IMG/VR virus record: IMGVR_UViG_3300007072_000008
Location: 9,278 to 73,277 of that record
DNA length: 64,000 nt
Source: a virus
Strand: one strand, 5' to 3'
In this document: piece after piece, positions 29,336-38,946 of the stretch
Position numbering within the stretch: position 1 is the first letter of the stretch
Layout: every line of letters starts with the position of its first letter
The notes under the pieces: generated by a model
The model's input: the letters and a program-made list of their open reading frames with translations, nothing else
Database searches by the model: none
What the model was told of the DNA's origin: nothing
Program-made: the position numbers and the translations under genes

Positions 29336-31195
29336 ATGCCTCGTAAACCCATTGTAACTATTGGATCGCTCTTAAAAAGTACGGAAAAAATAATTGTTCC
29401 GTCACAAACAGACATTCCCTATATTCCCAGCATTACTGAATTTTGCGAAAGTCCTAATTATTTAGCATTGTCATTACCTCTATACCCAATACAAAGGTTA
29501 ATGCTTAGAGCTTTTTACAGAGGCACGGTTGGCAATACTGCACCCGAATGCATAAATTTAACAGAAGAGGAAATGCGATTATGTAAAGAGTGTGGTTTAG
29601 ACAATGAAAAAAATGGCAATGTCATTAAAAAATGGCACAGTGGCGAAACTTTTCGAGAACTGGTATTGGTATGGGGTAGAAGAAGTGGAAAAGATTATTG
29701 TATTAGTATTATTGCTTTATATGAAGCAATGAAATTGTTAGAATGTCCTGGTGGTGATCCTTATGCTTACTATAATATTGGTAACGCTAATCCATTTACT
29801 ATTTTAGCTATAGCTAATAACAAGGCACAAACTCGCATTTTATATACTGAAATATTCGGTAAATTTAAAGAAGCTCCATATTTTAGAGATAAATATTTAC
29901 CTGAAGGTATTACTAATGATCGTATATGTTTGTTAACCCCCAAAAACAAAAAAGATAATGAGCAATTAATCAGCCGTGGGTTGCCCGCACATCCCGGTTC
30001 AGTACAAATAGAAACAGGACATTCTAACTCAAACGGATTAGTCGGAAAAAGCTGTTATGTACTTATGCTAGACGAAGCAGCAACATATAAAAGATCAGGG
30101 GGTCCAGGATCGGATGAACAGCTATATGGGAATTTATCTCCTACTACAAAAACATATGTCCATGTGGAAGAAATTAAAGACGAAAAGGGCAATGTTATAG
30201 ATAAGAAAGTCAGCTATGATGGTAAAATCATAAGCATTTCTTCACCAAGAGGTATGGATGGTGTTTTCTATAGAAGATATAAAGCAGCCGAATCTACACC
30301 TAGTATGCTTATGTGTAGATTGCCTACATGGTTAGTATGCCACATGCACACGGAAGAAAGGCTTCGCAAAGAAGAACAAACTATGACGGATGAAAAATTC
30401 CGCATGGAATATGGGGCAGAATTTAGTGGAACAGAAGGTGAAAACTTCTTTGATCCCGATTTGGTTGAAATATGTTTTAATTCTCATTCATATAAAATGA
30501 AAGAATACGGAGAACCTGGAATAACCTATTTCGCACACCTCGATCCAGCGGTTAGTAGCCATAATTACGCCTTAGCGGTGGTTCATAAACATCCTTTTAT
30601 TAATGTAGAATCCAAAAAAATGGACTATCATATAGTTTTAGATCATATGGCAATTTGGACACCCGAAAAAGGTAAACCTATTAATATTAATGTTGTAGAT
30701 GAGTATGTGATAAATCTTAATAAATTATTTAGGCTAGGATTGGTAACATATGACCACTGGAACAGTCAGTCTAGTATCGAAAAGCTAAAAAAGAATGGTA
30801 TCCCAGCACTTTGTACTCCATATAACAAACGATATAAAATTAGAATATATGATGAATTAGAACAATTAGTGAATACTGGAAGGTTAAAATTACCATTTTT
30901 TAAAACATTAAAATTAGAAATGCTTAATTTGCAAAGGCGTTATTTGCATACAGGCTATCGGATATATCCAAAGACTGATGGTGAAATTCGAACTGACGAT
31001 ACAGTTGATGCTTTGGCAGGTGCTTGCTATAATGCTCTTAATAAAGAGATAAATCGATTGCCACAATCGCGTTTGGCTTATACAGGTTCAGTGCCTTCTA
31101 GTGCTATGCATCATTGGCAATCAATGTCAGGCATGTATTATGGATATGGAACAGGAACGCAAGTTTTAAATAAATTAAACCATTTAAAAGGGTAG
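29336..31195 (+). CDS. terL: terminase large subunit
   Basis: LYPIQ, LVWGRRSGKD (Walker A), LMLDEAA (Walker B), ISSPRG coupling motif, MEYGAEF, HLDPA, TYDHWNS, DDTVDALAG nuclease motifs. Confidence 0.95.
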   Translation: MPRKPIVTIGSLLKSTEKIIVPSQTDIPYIPSITEFCESPNYLALSLPLYPIQRLMLRAFYRGTVGNTAPECINLTEEEMRLCKECGLDNEKNGNVIKKWHSGETFRELVLVWGRRSGKDYCISIIALYEAMKLLECPGGDPYAYYNIGNANPFTILAIANNKAQTRILYTEIFGKFKEAPYFRDKYLPEGITNDRICLLTPKNKKDNEQLISRGLPAHPGSVQIETGHSNSNGLVGKSCYVLMLDEAATYKRSGGPGSDEQLYGNLSPTTKTYVHVEEIKDEKGNVIDKKVSYDGKIISISSPRGMDGVFYRRYKAAESTPSMLMCRLPTWLVCHMHTEERLRKEEQTMTDEKFRMEYGAEFSGTEGENFFDPDLVEICFNSHSYKMKEYGEPGITYFAHLDPAVSSHNYALAVVHKHPFINVESKKMDYHIVLDHMAIWTPEKGKPININVVDEYVINLNKLFRLGLVTYDHWNSQSSIEKLKKNGIPALCTPYNKRYKIRIYDELEQLVNTGRLKLPFFKTLKLEMLNLQRRYLHTGYRIYPKTDGEIRTDDTVDALAGACYNALNKEINRLPQSRLAYTGSVPSSAMHHWQSMSGMYYGYGTGTQVLNKLNHLKG

Positions 31196-31217
31196 TCAAT
31201 GGCAGAAAGGTTATTAT

Positions 31218-31844
31218 ATGGCTAAGGAAAAATTTAATTTGATTCACGAAAAACTAATGGAAAAGCGTAGAAAAACTCAAAAATTAGAAGCACCAGATGA
31301 TATGGTATTTGAAAAACTATTATCTCCCAAAGATGAAAAAGATATAAAAAAAACTATAGAATTTTTGTTAAAAAATAATAGAGACAAAAGCGTAGGACAT
31401 AGTTCAATTGAGACAGCTATAGATAAACTAAAAGGAGATAAAAATACACCAAAACGCACCGGAAAAGATAAATATGATACATTACCTTACAATCTTGTGG
31501 CAGAAGTAAATGATCAAGAGAAAACAAAAGCGTATGATACAAAACAAAAAGATAATGATTCAGTTGTAGATAGCGTGGTGCCTGGTATGTCAAAACCACA
31601 AAGCCAATTGCATAATGATTCAGAAAGGTTTAAAGGGTTTTCAATAGAGGATGTTAGGAACAACAAAGAATTGAGGAAAATGGTCACAGCATCATTACAA
31701 GATGCTGATGCTATGTTATACTATATATATAGACAAGCTCTTAACGAAAAGAGAAGTCTTTCTTCAGATGAAAATACTATTATTAGTCGCATCAATGCTG
31801 ACAAAATGCAACTTATACAAAAACTTTTTAACAATGCCGTATAA
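31218..31844 (+). CDS. head-module hypothetical protein
   Basis: 208-aa ORF in the late operon with short xxEKxL repeats. Confidence 0.7.
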   Translation: MAKEKFNLIHEKLMEKRRKTQKLEAPDDMVFEKLLSPKDEKDIKKTIEFLLKNNRDKSVGHSSIETAIDKLKGDKNTPKRTGKDKYDTLPYNLVAEVNDQEKTKAYDTKQKDNDSVVDSVVPGMSKPQSQLHNDSERFKGFSIEDVRNNKELRKMVTASLQDADAMLYYIYRQALNEKRSLSSDENTIISRINADKMQLIQKLFNNAV

Positions 31845-32313
31845 CTTATCAAAATCTAAACTTGGCAGTGAAAAGCTGCCAAGTTTAACTTTTATCTGTA
31901 CGTTGTGTAACCGGGCTACACACAGACGGGTTTCTGCTTGTCTTTGTGGAAATTCGATGTTTAAAGTGGCACGGTATATGCCGTTGATAAATTACCCTCT
32001 CGATCCTTATAGGAAACAGAATGATGAAAGCGGATACAAATTGAACGCACCAGGGGGGAATGAAAGCAGTGTCGGAGGGGCTGAGAATTATCAGATTCCA
32101 ACAGAGGGGGGCGACGATGATGTTGGAACTCCAAATGCTAATAGCGAAGATTTAACCCAAACAGATGCAATGAAAACTTTCACCAAACCAGCAAGAGATC
32201 ATGCAACAGGACCACATAGTATGAATGCAAATATGCCAACCATGCCCCCTAATCCAAATGTATTTATAAGGACGAAGAATAAATTAAATACCAATTTTAC
32301 AGGGAAATTTTAA
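31834..32313 (+). CDS. hypothetical protein with Zn-ribbon-like CxxC...CxC
   Basis: likely start MPYNLSK at 31834 within ORF 31702..32313. Confidence 0.6.
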   Translation: MPYNLSKSKLGSEKLPSLTFICTLCNRATHRRVSACLCGNSMFKVARYMPLINYPLDPYRKQNDESGYKLNAPGGNESSVGGAENYQIPTEGGDDDVGTPNANSEDLTQTDAMKTFTKPARDHATGPHSMNANMPTMPPNPNVFIRTKNKLNTNFTGKF

Positions 32314-32325
32314 CAAGAGGAAAAT

Positions 32326-32940
32326 ATGTATAAAGGTCAAGTAACATCAAAAAATAAAGGATTATTAATGTTGCCGACGTTAGGTAAGCGAGCTAAAGCA
32401 TCTGGTGAAACATTTGCTATATCAGAAAAAGATTTTTGGAATGATGATATACAAAAAAGCTTGAAACAAGGTTTAATTGTATTCTTAGATAAAACCCCGG
32501 CTTTAAAAAAAGTAAAAATCGTACAAAATATATCTACCAGTAGCATCGCTTTGGGGAAATATGGTATATTAAAGTCGATGGGAACTAAAGAAATAGATGA
32601 AGAAGACCTTAAGCATCCTGATATTAGATTGCATATAGATAATAATAAATTGAAAGAAATTACCACCGCAAAACAAATAGTTAAAGGGGTTAAAGAGGAA
32701 TCCCCTGTAGATAGGCCAATGAAACCGGTTGTATATCAGCCAAAATCAGATTTGCAAGAAAAACCAAAAAAGAAAAAAGGTAAAACTGTAAAAAAGGTAA
32801 ATACTGATAATCTTTTAATAGAAAATGGGATAGAAGCTGAGGAAAACACAGAAGATATCAAATTTGTAGATATAGAACAGGCAGAAGAACGCATATCGCA
32901 GCATCCTATATTGAGTAAAATAAAGACCAATAAGGAATAG
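32326..32940 (+). CDS. head-module hypothetical protein
   Basis: GAGG RBS, 204 aa. Confidence 0.7.
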   Translation: MYKGQVTSKNKGLLMLPTLGKRAKASGETFAISEKDFWNDDIQKSLKQGLIVFLDKTPALKKVKIVQNISTSSIALGKYGILKSMGTKEIDEEDLKHPDIRLHIDNNKLKEITTAKQIVKGVKEESPVDRPMKPVVYQPKSDLQEKPKKKKGKTVKKVNTDNLLIENGIEAEENTEDIKFVDIEQAEERISQHPILSKIKTNKE

Positions 32941-32956
32941 AGGGGTGCGTAACCAA

Positions 32957-33112
32957 ATGGTTAAAATAGTTACAAAAAAAGCAGCTAAAAGAAAAAAAGA
33001 ACATAAGCTAAAAACCAAAAATAAAAAACTATTAAAACAATACTGGAGTCTGCTATACCCACTAGAAATGGTGGAAAGAATAACTATTGACAGGCCACAA
33101 TATGACAAATAA
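32957..33112 (+). CDS. small protein (51 aa) with an L..YW..LYP motif
   Basis: GAGGGG RBS; MVKIVTKKAA...KLLKQYWSLLYPLEMVERI; resembles the C-terminus of 36771..37202. Confidence 0.6.
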   Translation: MVKIVTKKAAKRKKEHKLKTKNKKLLKQYWSLLYPLEMVERITIDRPQYDK

Positions 33113-33839
33113 GGAAACACTGATATCGGATTTAGCTATGTTTAATGTCCATTTAGATAAGATGGACATTTGCCATTTTGTACTGAATGGAAAACAATAT
33201 AACGAGTCAGTAACTACAGCACAAAATATATTTCAACAAAGAATAGACCAAAATCGAACAATTTTTTTTGAATTGTGGCACGAAATTATCAATCTTATAA
33301 GAGATCATATTCCCTCTGTTTATCTATCAAATGATAGTACGCAGCACCTGTTTATTAATGCTATAAAAAATATATACTTACTAAGCAAAAGATTCTCCCT
33401 TAAAGGTAAAAAGCATATTGTAAGTATATTAAACAAGGATTGTGATGAATTTTCAGAAGATTTTATGATTGAATGTATTGATCGATCAATTTGTGTATTT
33501 TGGGTATATCAACTTATAAGAATAGATTTGCTAATTATTAAAATGCTAGAACAGTTGTCGGTAACTAAAGAAGCTTCTGGATCAGTGGGACATATTGATT
33601 TAACTATGCAAGAACGGGTGTATCCTATGGGTGATTACCCCCCTGAAACAGAGCCAGATGTATCATATCTGCACCCACTATGGACACGTAAGTTTTTACA
33701 ATATGATATACAGCATGGAAAAACAACTTATAATATAGAAGACGAAGTTTATCGTAATATGAATGAACCTTATGGGTATAAGCTTCGAGAAGAAAGACAG
33801 CCCAATAGAGAATTATCTAGAGTTACTACAGGTCCATAA
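33102..33839 (+). CDS. head-module hypothetical protein
   Basis: ATG at 33102 within ORF 33087..33839; TKEASG motif. Confidence 0.7.
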   Translation: MTNKETLISDLAMFNVHLDKMDICHFVLNGKQYNESVTTAQNIFQQRIDQNRTIFFELWHEIINLIRDHIPSVYLSNDSTQHLFINAIKNIYLLSKRFSLKGKKHIVSILNKDCDEFSEDFMIECIDRSICVFWVYQLIRIDLLIIKMLEQLSVTKEASGSVGHIDLTMQERVYPMGDYPPETEPDVSYLHPLWTRKFLQYDIQHGKTTYNIEDEVYRNMNEPYGYKLREERQPNRELSRVTTGP

Positions 33840-33840
33840 T

Positions 33841-34245
33841 ATGTTTAAAGAGTTTAAAACATCGCAATCTTTAATGGATTATCTATACACACTTATGCCA
33901 GAGGTGACTCAATTTCATACAATAAAGATAAGGCCATCAGTGAACAATAAAGCCGCTCAATCATTATATACGATGTGGAAAAATAATGGTATAGATGCAT
34001 TTGCAATTAAAAAACCCAATTTTATAACTAGAGATGAAGTTGAATTGCTTGAAAGAGAAGGTTTGGCTAAGGAAAACGGGGATCGGTTTATAATAACCGA
34101 TAAAGGAAAAACTGTTATAAAAACCATGATATTAGGAGATAATCGATCCGCATTTGATAAAAACCAAGAAGCTATTGACTTCAGTACTGCACAAGCAAAT
34201 ATCCAACGTAAAAACAAAACTATTAAAATAGCACGTAAAAAATGA
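33841..34245 (+). CDS. hypothetical protein, winged-helix-like
   Basis: LEREGL...ITDKGKTVIK pattern; likely start at 33841 just after the upstream stop. Confidence 0.65.
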   Translation: MFKEFKTSQSLMDYLYTLMPEVTQFHTIKIRPSVNNKAAQSLYTMWKNNGIDAFAIKKPNFITRDEVELLEREGLAKENGDRFIITDKGKTVIKTMILGDNRSAFDKNQEAIDFSTAQANIQRKNKTIKIARKK

Positions 34246-34619
34246 TTATTGCAATAGATATAATACCTATATATAAAGATATAAAAGAGGAAATAGTAAA
34301 TGACCTCTTTTGGTATGATACCAATTCTCATATTTTACATCGATGGAAAGGATCAAAATTAGGATTTAAATACCAAAATGGGCAAACTATAGCATATCCA
34401 ATAAAAGAATACAAAGTAGCACATAAAATAGATACCAATGAAAAAGATATATTAGATTGGATAGAAAATACAGAAGACATATCTATTATAGGTCAAGATA
34501 ATAAAGAAATAGTTATTTCATTTCCAGATAATAAACAAAATGAAATAGAAGACGAATTGTATGAAAAACGCTTTAGATACGAAATAATTAATTATGCTGA
34601 AAGTCAAAATAGCAGATAA
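34242..34619 (+). CDS. hypothetical protein
   Basis: ATGA overlap with the upstream gene. Confidence 0.65.
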   Translation: MIIAIDIIPIYKDIKEEIVNDLFWYDTNSHILHRWKGSKLGFKYQNGQTIAYPIKEYKVAHKIDTNEKDILDWIENTEDISIIGQDNKEIVISFPDNKQNEIEDELYEKRFRYEIINYAESQNSR

Positions 34620-35508
34620 TCCTTATACTCTTGAAAAAGGATTGATGTTTGTTGAACACTTGCCCGAAGACGAGGGGATGCTGTTTGTGTTTGGTTCTAG
34701 TAGAATTCTTAATTTTTGGGGTAAAAACACCCTCATCCCGTTAGATATAGCTTTTATTGAAAACAATAAAATAGTAAAAATAAAACATATAAAAACTCTA
34801 GATTTAAACAATGTGTCTAGTGAAGTAAAGTGTTCAATGGCTTTAGAGGTAAACAAAGGATATTTTAGTAAAAATAAAATTTATGTAGGTAGTAGTATAA
34901 CCATAGATAAACCTGTTAAAATGGGATTACCGTTCGATGAAGCAGTAATTTATTTCAATAAAGGAGAAAATTTAGAGGAATTTACCAACACTTTAAAGAA
35001 AACAAGCCAGGATACGTCTAATAATAAAATTGGACGACCAGATGATGTGGTGGGTGTGCCCATAAACACAGAAGAACAAACGTTGCCGGTAGTTGATTCG
35101 GAAAATATAGGAGAAATATTAGAAGATGATATTATTGAAGAGGAGACGGGAACAGAACAGCATTTAGGAACAGAAGTCACACAGTTGGAAACAGCAAAGC
35201 CAGAAGAACCCAAAATTGTCGAACCTACAGTTAAAGAATATCCTCTTTTTGATACAGCATATGCGGCAACAGAATGGGCAGAAAAGAATGGAGAAGTGAT
35301 TCGTATATCATATGTAACCAAGCATGGTAAAAAGATTACTAGAGATATTGAACCACACGGTAAATTCCATTCTGACTCTACTTATAGGCAAATTTTAGTA
35401 GCTTGGGACCAAACAATAGGAAATATAAGAGCTTTTATAGTGACTAATATATATGAATGGGCATTTGTTGGTAAGAAGTTTAACAAAAAGTTTATGGTTA
35501 GAGCATAG
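34594..35508 (+). CDS. DUF192 domain fused to a C-terminal WYL-like domain
   Basis: GLMF..LP.DEGMLFVF...FW.KNTLIPLDIAFI...ALEVN.G; C-terminal IRISY..K.GKKITRDIEP...LVAWD...IRAF. Confidence 0.8.
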   Translation: MLKVKIADNPYTLEKGLMFVEHLPEDEGMLFVFGSSRILNFWGKNTLIPLDIAFIENNKIVKIKHIKTLDLNNVSSEVKCSMALEVNKGYFSKNKIYVGSSITIDKPVKMGLPFDEAVIYFNKGENLEEFTNTLKKTSQDTSNNKIGRPDDVVGVPINTEEQTLPVVDSENIGEILEDDIIEEETGTEQHLGTEVTQLETAKPEEPKIVEPTVKEYPLFDTAYAATEWAEKNGEVIRISYVTKHGKKITRDIEPHGKFHSDSTYRQILVAWDQTIGNIRAFIVTNIYEWAFVGKKFNKKFMVRA

Positions 35509-35517
35509 GGAGTAAAT

Positions 35518-36759
35518 ATGAGAATTATACAGGATATTGTTAAATTAGCTAATAAATTGGATGCAAATCCTTCTACCAAACAAATGGCTTATGAGCTTGA
35601 TGATATCGCTACTTGCTTGCTAAAAACCGCACAATATATTGGATCTCAAGGGTATTGGGTTAGAAATAGTAGATGTTGGTCCAATTGTTATAGGTATAAA
35701 CGATACAGTTCGCCCACTAAGCCATCTCAAGATATTTGGTTCGAATGCCAAAAAGAATTTCAAGAATCAATAAATAAAGATGGTGGCCAATGGGATAAAT
35801 ATGCGCATATGACTGGCCATACCAAATTGGCATCTGTTGATAATAGTTTAGAAGTAGTTAATAGGATGGAAAACAGTATTCAAACGCATTATGCAATAAT
35901 ACAAAAAGTTGCGGCAGAGAATGTGGCAAAGGTGGCTGACAGTTTAAATGGTTCTTTAAAGACAGAAGCAGAAGAACTGTCTAAAAAAATAGTAGAAGCC
36001 GCTTGGGGGCAGAATAAGTGGTGGAATCCTTCTACTTGGTTTGGAAAAAATAAGAGATTAAAACAATTAGAGCAGTATTTATTAAACCTTGATGCTTTAG
36101 GAAGGCAGAGGCGGTCAGATAAAAACGGTTATGCTATATACTCCCCAGAGTACGAAAAAGCTTGGCAAGATTTTAATTATTATTACTATAAAAATATTAG
36201 AGACATACCACCTGAATTGCGAAATGTAATGGATCAGTTAAAGGAGACGCAAGCAGGACAACGTTTACCCGCTATACAGAAAGCATTACAGTCTGTGAAA
36301 CAATATAATTTACAACAAGCTAGAGGCACAAAAACAGAAACCAACACCAACACCAACACCAACACCAACACCAACACCAACGCCAACGCCAACACCAATA
36401 CCAATACCAACACAACAACAACAGACACAACAGACATAAATTCGTTTATAAAAGTATTTGAACAGTACAAACATGATCCACAATTTCAAAAAGCGATGAA
36501 AAAATTGATTCAATATCAACCAAAAGCGAAGCTGGGGCCATCGAGGACTAATGCTCCAAAGGTTAATTTATTAAGGGATAAACCAACAAAGACCAACAGA
36601 AAAAACAATCGTACACAAAAAAATCCACAGGTTGTTCCAGAAGCAGGGAATTATACAGGTTTCTCAGGTGACTTATCTAATTATCAGAATGTTAAAGCTA
36701 TAGGTACACCAGTAACCCTAGCCAGTAATAGTAAAAAGACAATTTTTAAACTATCATAA
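35518..36759 (+). CDS. head-module protein with (NT)n tract
   Basis: GGAG RBS; IVKLANKLD...LLKTAQY; multiple K-x-A motifs. Confidence 0.75.
   Translation: MRIIQDIVKLANKLDANPSTKQMAYELDDIATCLLKTAQYIGSQGYWVRNSRCWSNCYRYKRYSSPTKPSQDIWFECQKEFQESINKDGGQWDKYAHMTGHTKLASVDNSLEVVNRMENSIQTHYAIIQKVAAENVAKVADSLNGSLKTEAEELSKKIVEAAWGQNKWWNPSTWFGKNKRLKQLEQYLLNLDALGRQRRSDKNGYAIYSPEYEKAWQDFNYYYYKNIRDIPPELRNVMDQLKETQAGQRLPAIQKALQSVKQYNLQQARGTKTETNTNTNTNTNTNTNANANTNTNTNTTTTDTTDINSFIKVFEQYKHDPQFQKAMKKLIQYQPKAKLGPSRTNAPKVNLLRDKPTKTNRKNNRTQKNPQVVPEAGNYTGFSGDLSNYQNVKAIGTPVTLASNSKKTIFKLS
36340..36411 (+). repeat. (ACCAAC)n hexanucleotide microsatellite
   Basis: direct inspection; encodes TNTNTN. Confidence 0.9.
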
Positions 36760-36770
36760 GGAGAAATTAT

Positions 36771-37202
36771 ATGAAGTTTGTTAGCAATTTTATTTCCACT
36801 CAAAGCAATCCGCCTACATTGTCTGATATAATCAAGGCAGCGCAAACGAAGGTTGCTATGTCAAACAAGGTGGTTAAAACAGCCGCTGGGTTAGATAACT
36901 TTGGCGACAAGAAAGCCCCTCCTTTCAAAAAGAAAAAGAAAAAGAAAGAAGAAGAAGAATACATAGAGGTTGAGTGCGAAGAAGAAGAAGAAGAAGAAGA
37001 AGAAGAAGAAGAAGATAAAAAGGAAGCTTGTGGGCGCAAAGGTAAGTCTAAGTGTAAGAAGTCAAAGACTTCAAAACGAGCCAGCAATCGCAAGTGGGTT
37101 GTATTAGCCAATTTAACCAAAGAACAAAAGAACTTCTTGCGCGAAGAATTAGAAAAATTCTGGACTAAGAAGTTTGTTGATGCTTTGTTAGCTGATCAGT
37201 AA
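36771..37202 (+). CDS. head-module protein with poly-K/poly-E tracts
   Basis: AGGAG RBS; NFGDKKAPPFKK; (GAA)n. Confidence 0.75.
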   Translation: MKFVSNFISTQSNPPTLSDIIKAAQTKVAMSNKVVKTAAGLDNFGDKKAPPFKKKKKKKEEEEYIEVECEEEEEEEEEEEEDKKEACGRKGKSKCKKSKTSKRASNRKWVVLANLTKEQKNFLREELEKFWTKKFVDALLADQ

Positions 37203-37254
37203 TTGTATACTGATGTATATATTAACTGTTAATACCCAGAAAGGGATAGAATAA

Positions 37255-38100
37255 ATGTCTATTATACCAACTGGTAAGCGTAAAGACATGGTTGGACAAA
37301 CATTCAAGAATGGCAACGATATATTGCCTATAGGTTTGTACGCGCAAACCAGAGAGCCAATAATCCCGGTAGAGCGTGATTTGGTTCAACAAACACCAGT
37401 TGCCCCATCTCTTGCAAACCTACTTACCACATCGGTTTCTCCACCACTAAAACAATCCGTTGATAAAGAAGATATAACAAATAACCCTTCCGTAGATACA
37501 AGTTTTAAAGATAATACAGATGCTAAAGATAATACAGATGCTAAAGATAATACAGATGCTAAAGATAATACAGATGCTAAAGATAATGCTAACGAGGGGG
37601 TACGTAAAAATTTAGATGATACAGAAGAATCTGATGAGAACGATATATCTAAATTAGTTATTAAGTCTCTTACAGAGTGGGGTTGGCCTCTGAGACATGT
37701 TGTTAAATATAGAAAAAATATGGTTAAAGAAAAGCTTACTCCAGATGGATATGGCGGCATAAAAAAAGATATTACTATTACAGCCCCAAATAACTATTAT
37801 GGTAAAAATAAATTAATTAGTGATAAGGATTATAGTTCATTAGTTAATCAGATACGAAGTAAAGCAAAATTGCGATGGACAGGTGGAAATCGCAGCGGTG
37901 AAGTAATGACTATACAATTTTCATCTGAATCTGTTAATGAAATGCAAGATCCTGTAGATGAAAAGTTAAATCGCATATATGGTAAGCCAGGAAAACAGGT
38001 TACTGGCGAAAAAGAAGCTACTTTGAGTGAAATGATTAAATCTCGCAGAAACGATTTATTTAACATTATGAGGAAAATTGCACAAGGAGATAGAAAATGA
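37255..38100 (+). CDS. head-module hypothetical protein
   Basis: 281 aa; contains the 18-bp repeat (AAAGATAATACAGATGCT)x4 encoding KDNTDA. Confidence 0.7.
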   Translation: MSIIPTGKRKDMVGQTFKNGNDILPIGLYAQTREPIIPVERDLVQQTPVAPSLANLLTTSVSPPLKQSVDKEDITNNPSVDTSFKDNTDAKDNTDAKDNTDAKDNTDAKDNANEGVRKNLDDTEESDENDISKLVIKSLTEWGWPLRHVVKYRKNMVKEKLTPDGYGGIKKDITITAPNNYYGKNKLISDKDYSSLVNQIRSKAKLRWTGGNRSGEVMTIQFSSESVNEMQDPVDEKLNRIYGKPGKQVTGEKEATLSEMIKSRRNDLFNIMRKIAQGDRK

Positions 38101-38945
38101 TTATAAAAGTATCTAGCCATATTGATTGGCTTGAGAGTTCGGAGAGTAGTGATATTAATAGACCAAGTATTAGCAAATCTGCTATGGATGCTTTTGAAGC
38201 GGTGGTACACAAGAGAGCCGCTAACCTAAGAGCATTAGGCATGTCTGATGACCAAATTGCTGTTAAATTTAATCTACAGAAAGATTACATATCTAATTTA
38301 CTTAAACCAGTCACTAAAGTAGCTTGTGCTTGTGAATCAAGACCTGAACCAACACCCAAAGACAATTATGCTGATGGTGCGTTACAGGCGTATAATGCAC
38401 TTCATAATATCAAAAACTCTAAAGAATTTAATAATAAGCCTATATTGGCACACAAAATATTAGCGTCTAGAAAAGGCGATATTACTGATATAGGGGGTCC
38501 GCGTAGACAGATAAAATTTGATTCGTCTAATAGTATTTGGGACAGCGAGGTTTTAAGCCGGCAGTCAAAAATTAAAGGTAACGATGAAAAACTGAAAACC
38601 AAGAAAGAGAAAATAGCGCAGCAAAGAGAGGAAATGAAAGAAATATCTAGATACCAAACTATAGACGGCAAATCATTAAAAGAGTATATAGAAAATAATG
38701 ATTTGACAAAAGGAAATAGTATACAAAGTTTGTCTGGCAAAGAAAGTTATTCGTATGATAAAAAAATTCCTATTAATGGGATAAGCATTTTTGAAAATAG
38801 TTTCGATAAAATCCCTGAAAAAACAGAAGGTGAAAAGCTAGCAAATAAGGTGTCGAAAAATGATCGTAGCTGGTTAAATAATACTAAATCTTTAACTACT
38901 AAAGATATATTTAATAAAATGGTAGACAGCTTAACTGGGAAATAA
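38097..38945 (+). CDS. head-module hypothetical protein
   Basis: GGAG RBS, ATGA overlap, 282 aa. Confidence 0.7.
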   Translation: MIIKVSSHIDWLESSESSDINRPSISKSAMDAFEAVVHKRAANLRALGMSDDQIAVKFNLQKDYISNLLKPVTKVACACESRPEPTPKDNYADGALQAYNALHNIKNSKEFNNKPILAHKILASRKGDITDIGGPRRQIKFDSSNSIWDSEVLSRQSKIKGNDEKLKTKKEKIAQQREEMKEISRYQTIDGKSLKEYIENNDLTKGNSIQSLSGKESYSYDKKIPINGISIFENSFDKIPEKTEGEKLANKVSKNDRSWLNNTKSLTTKDIFNKMVDSLTGK

Positions 38946-38946
38946 C

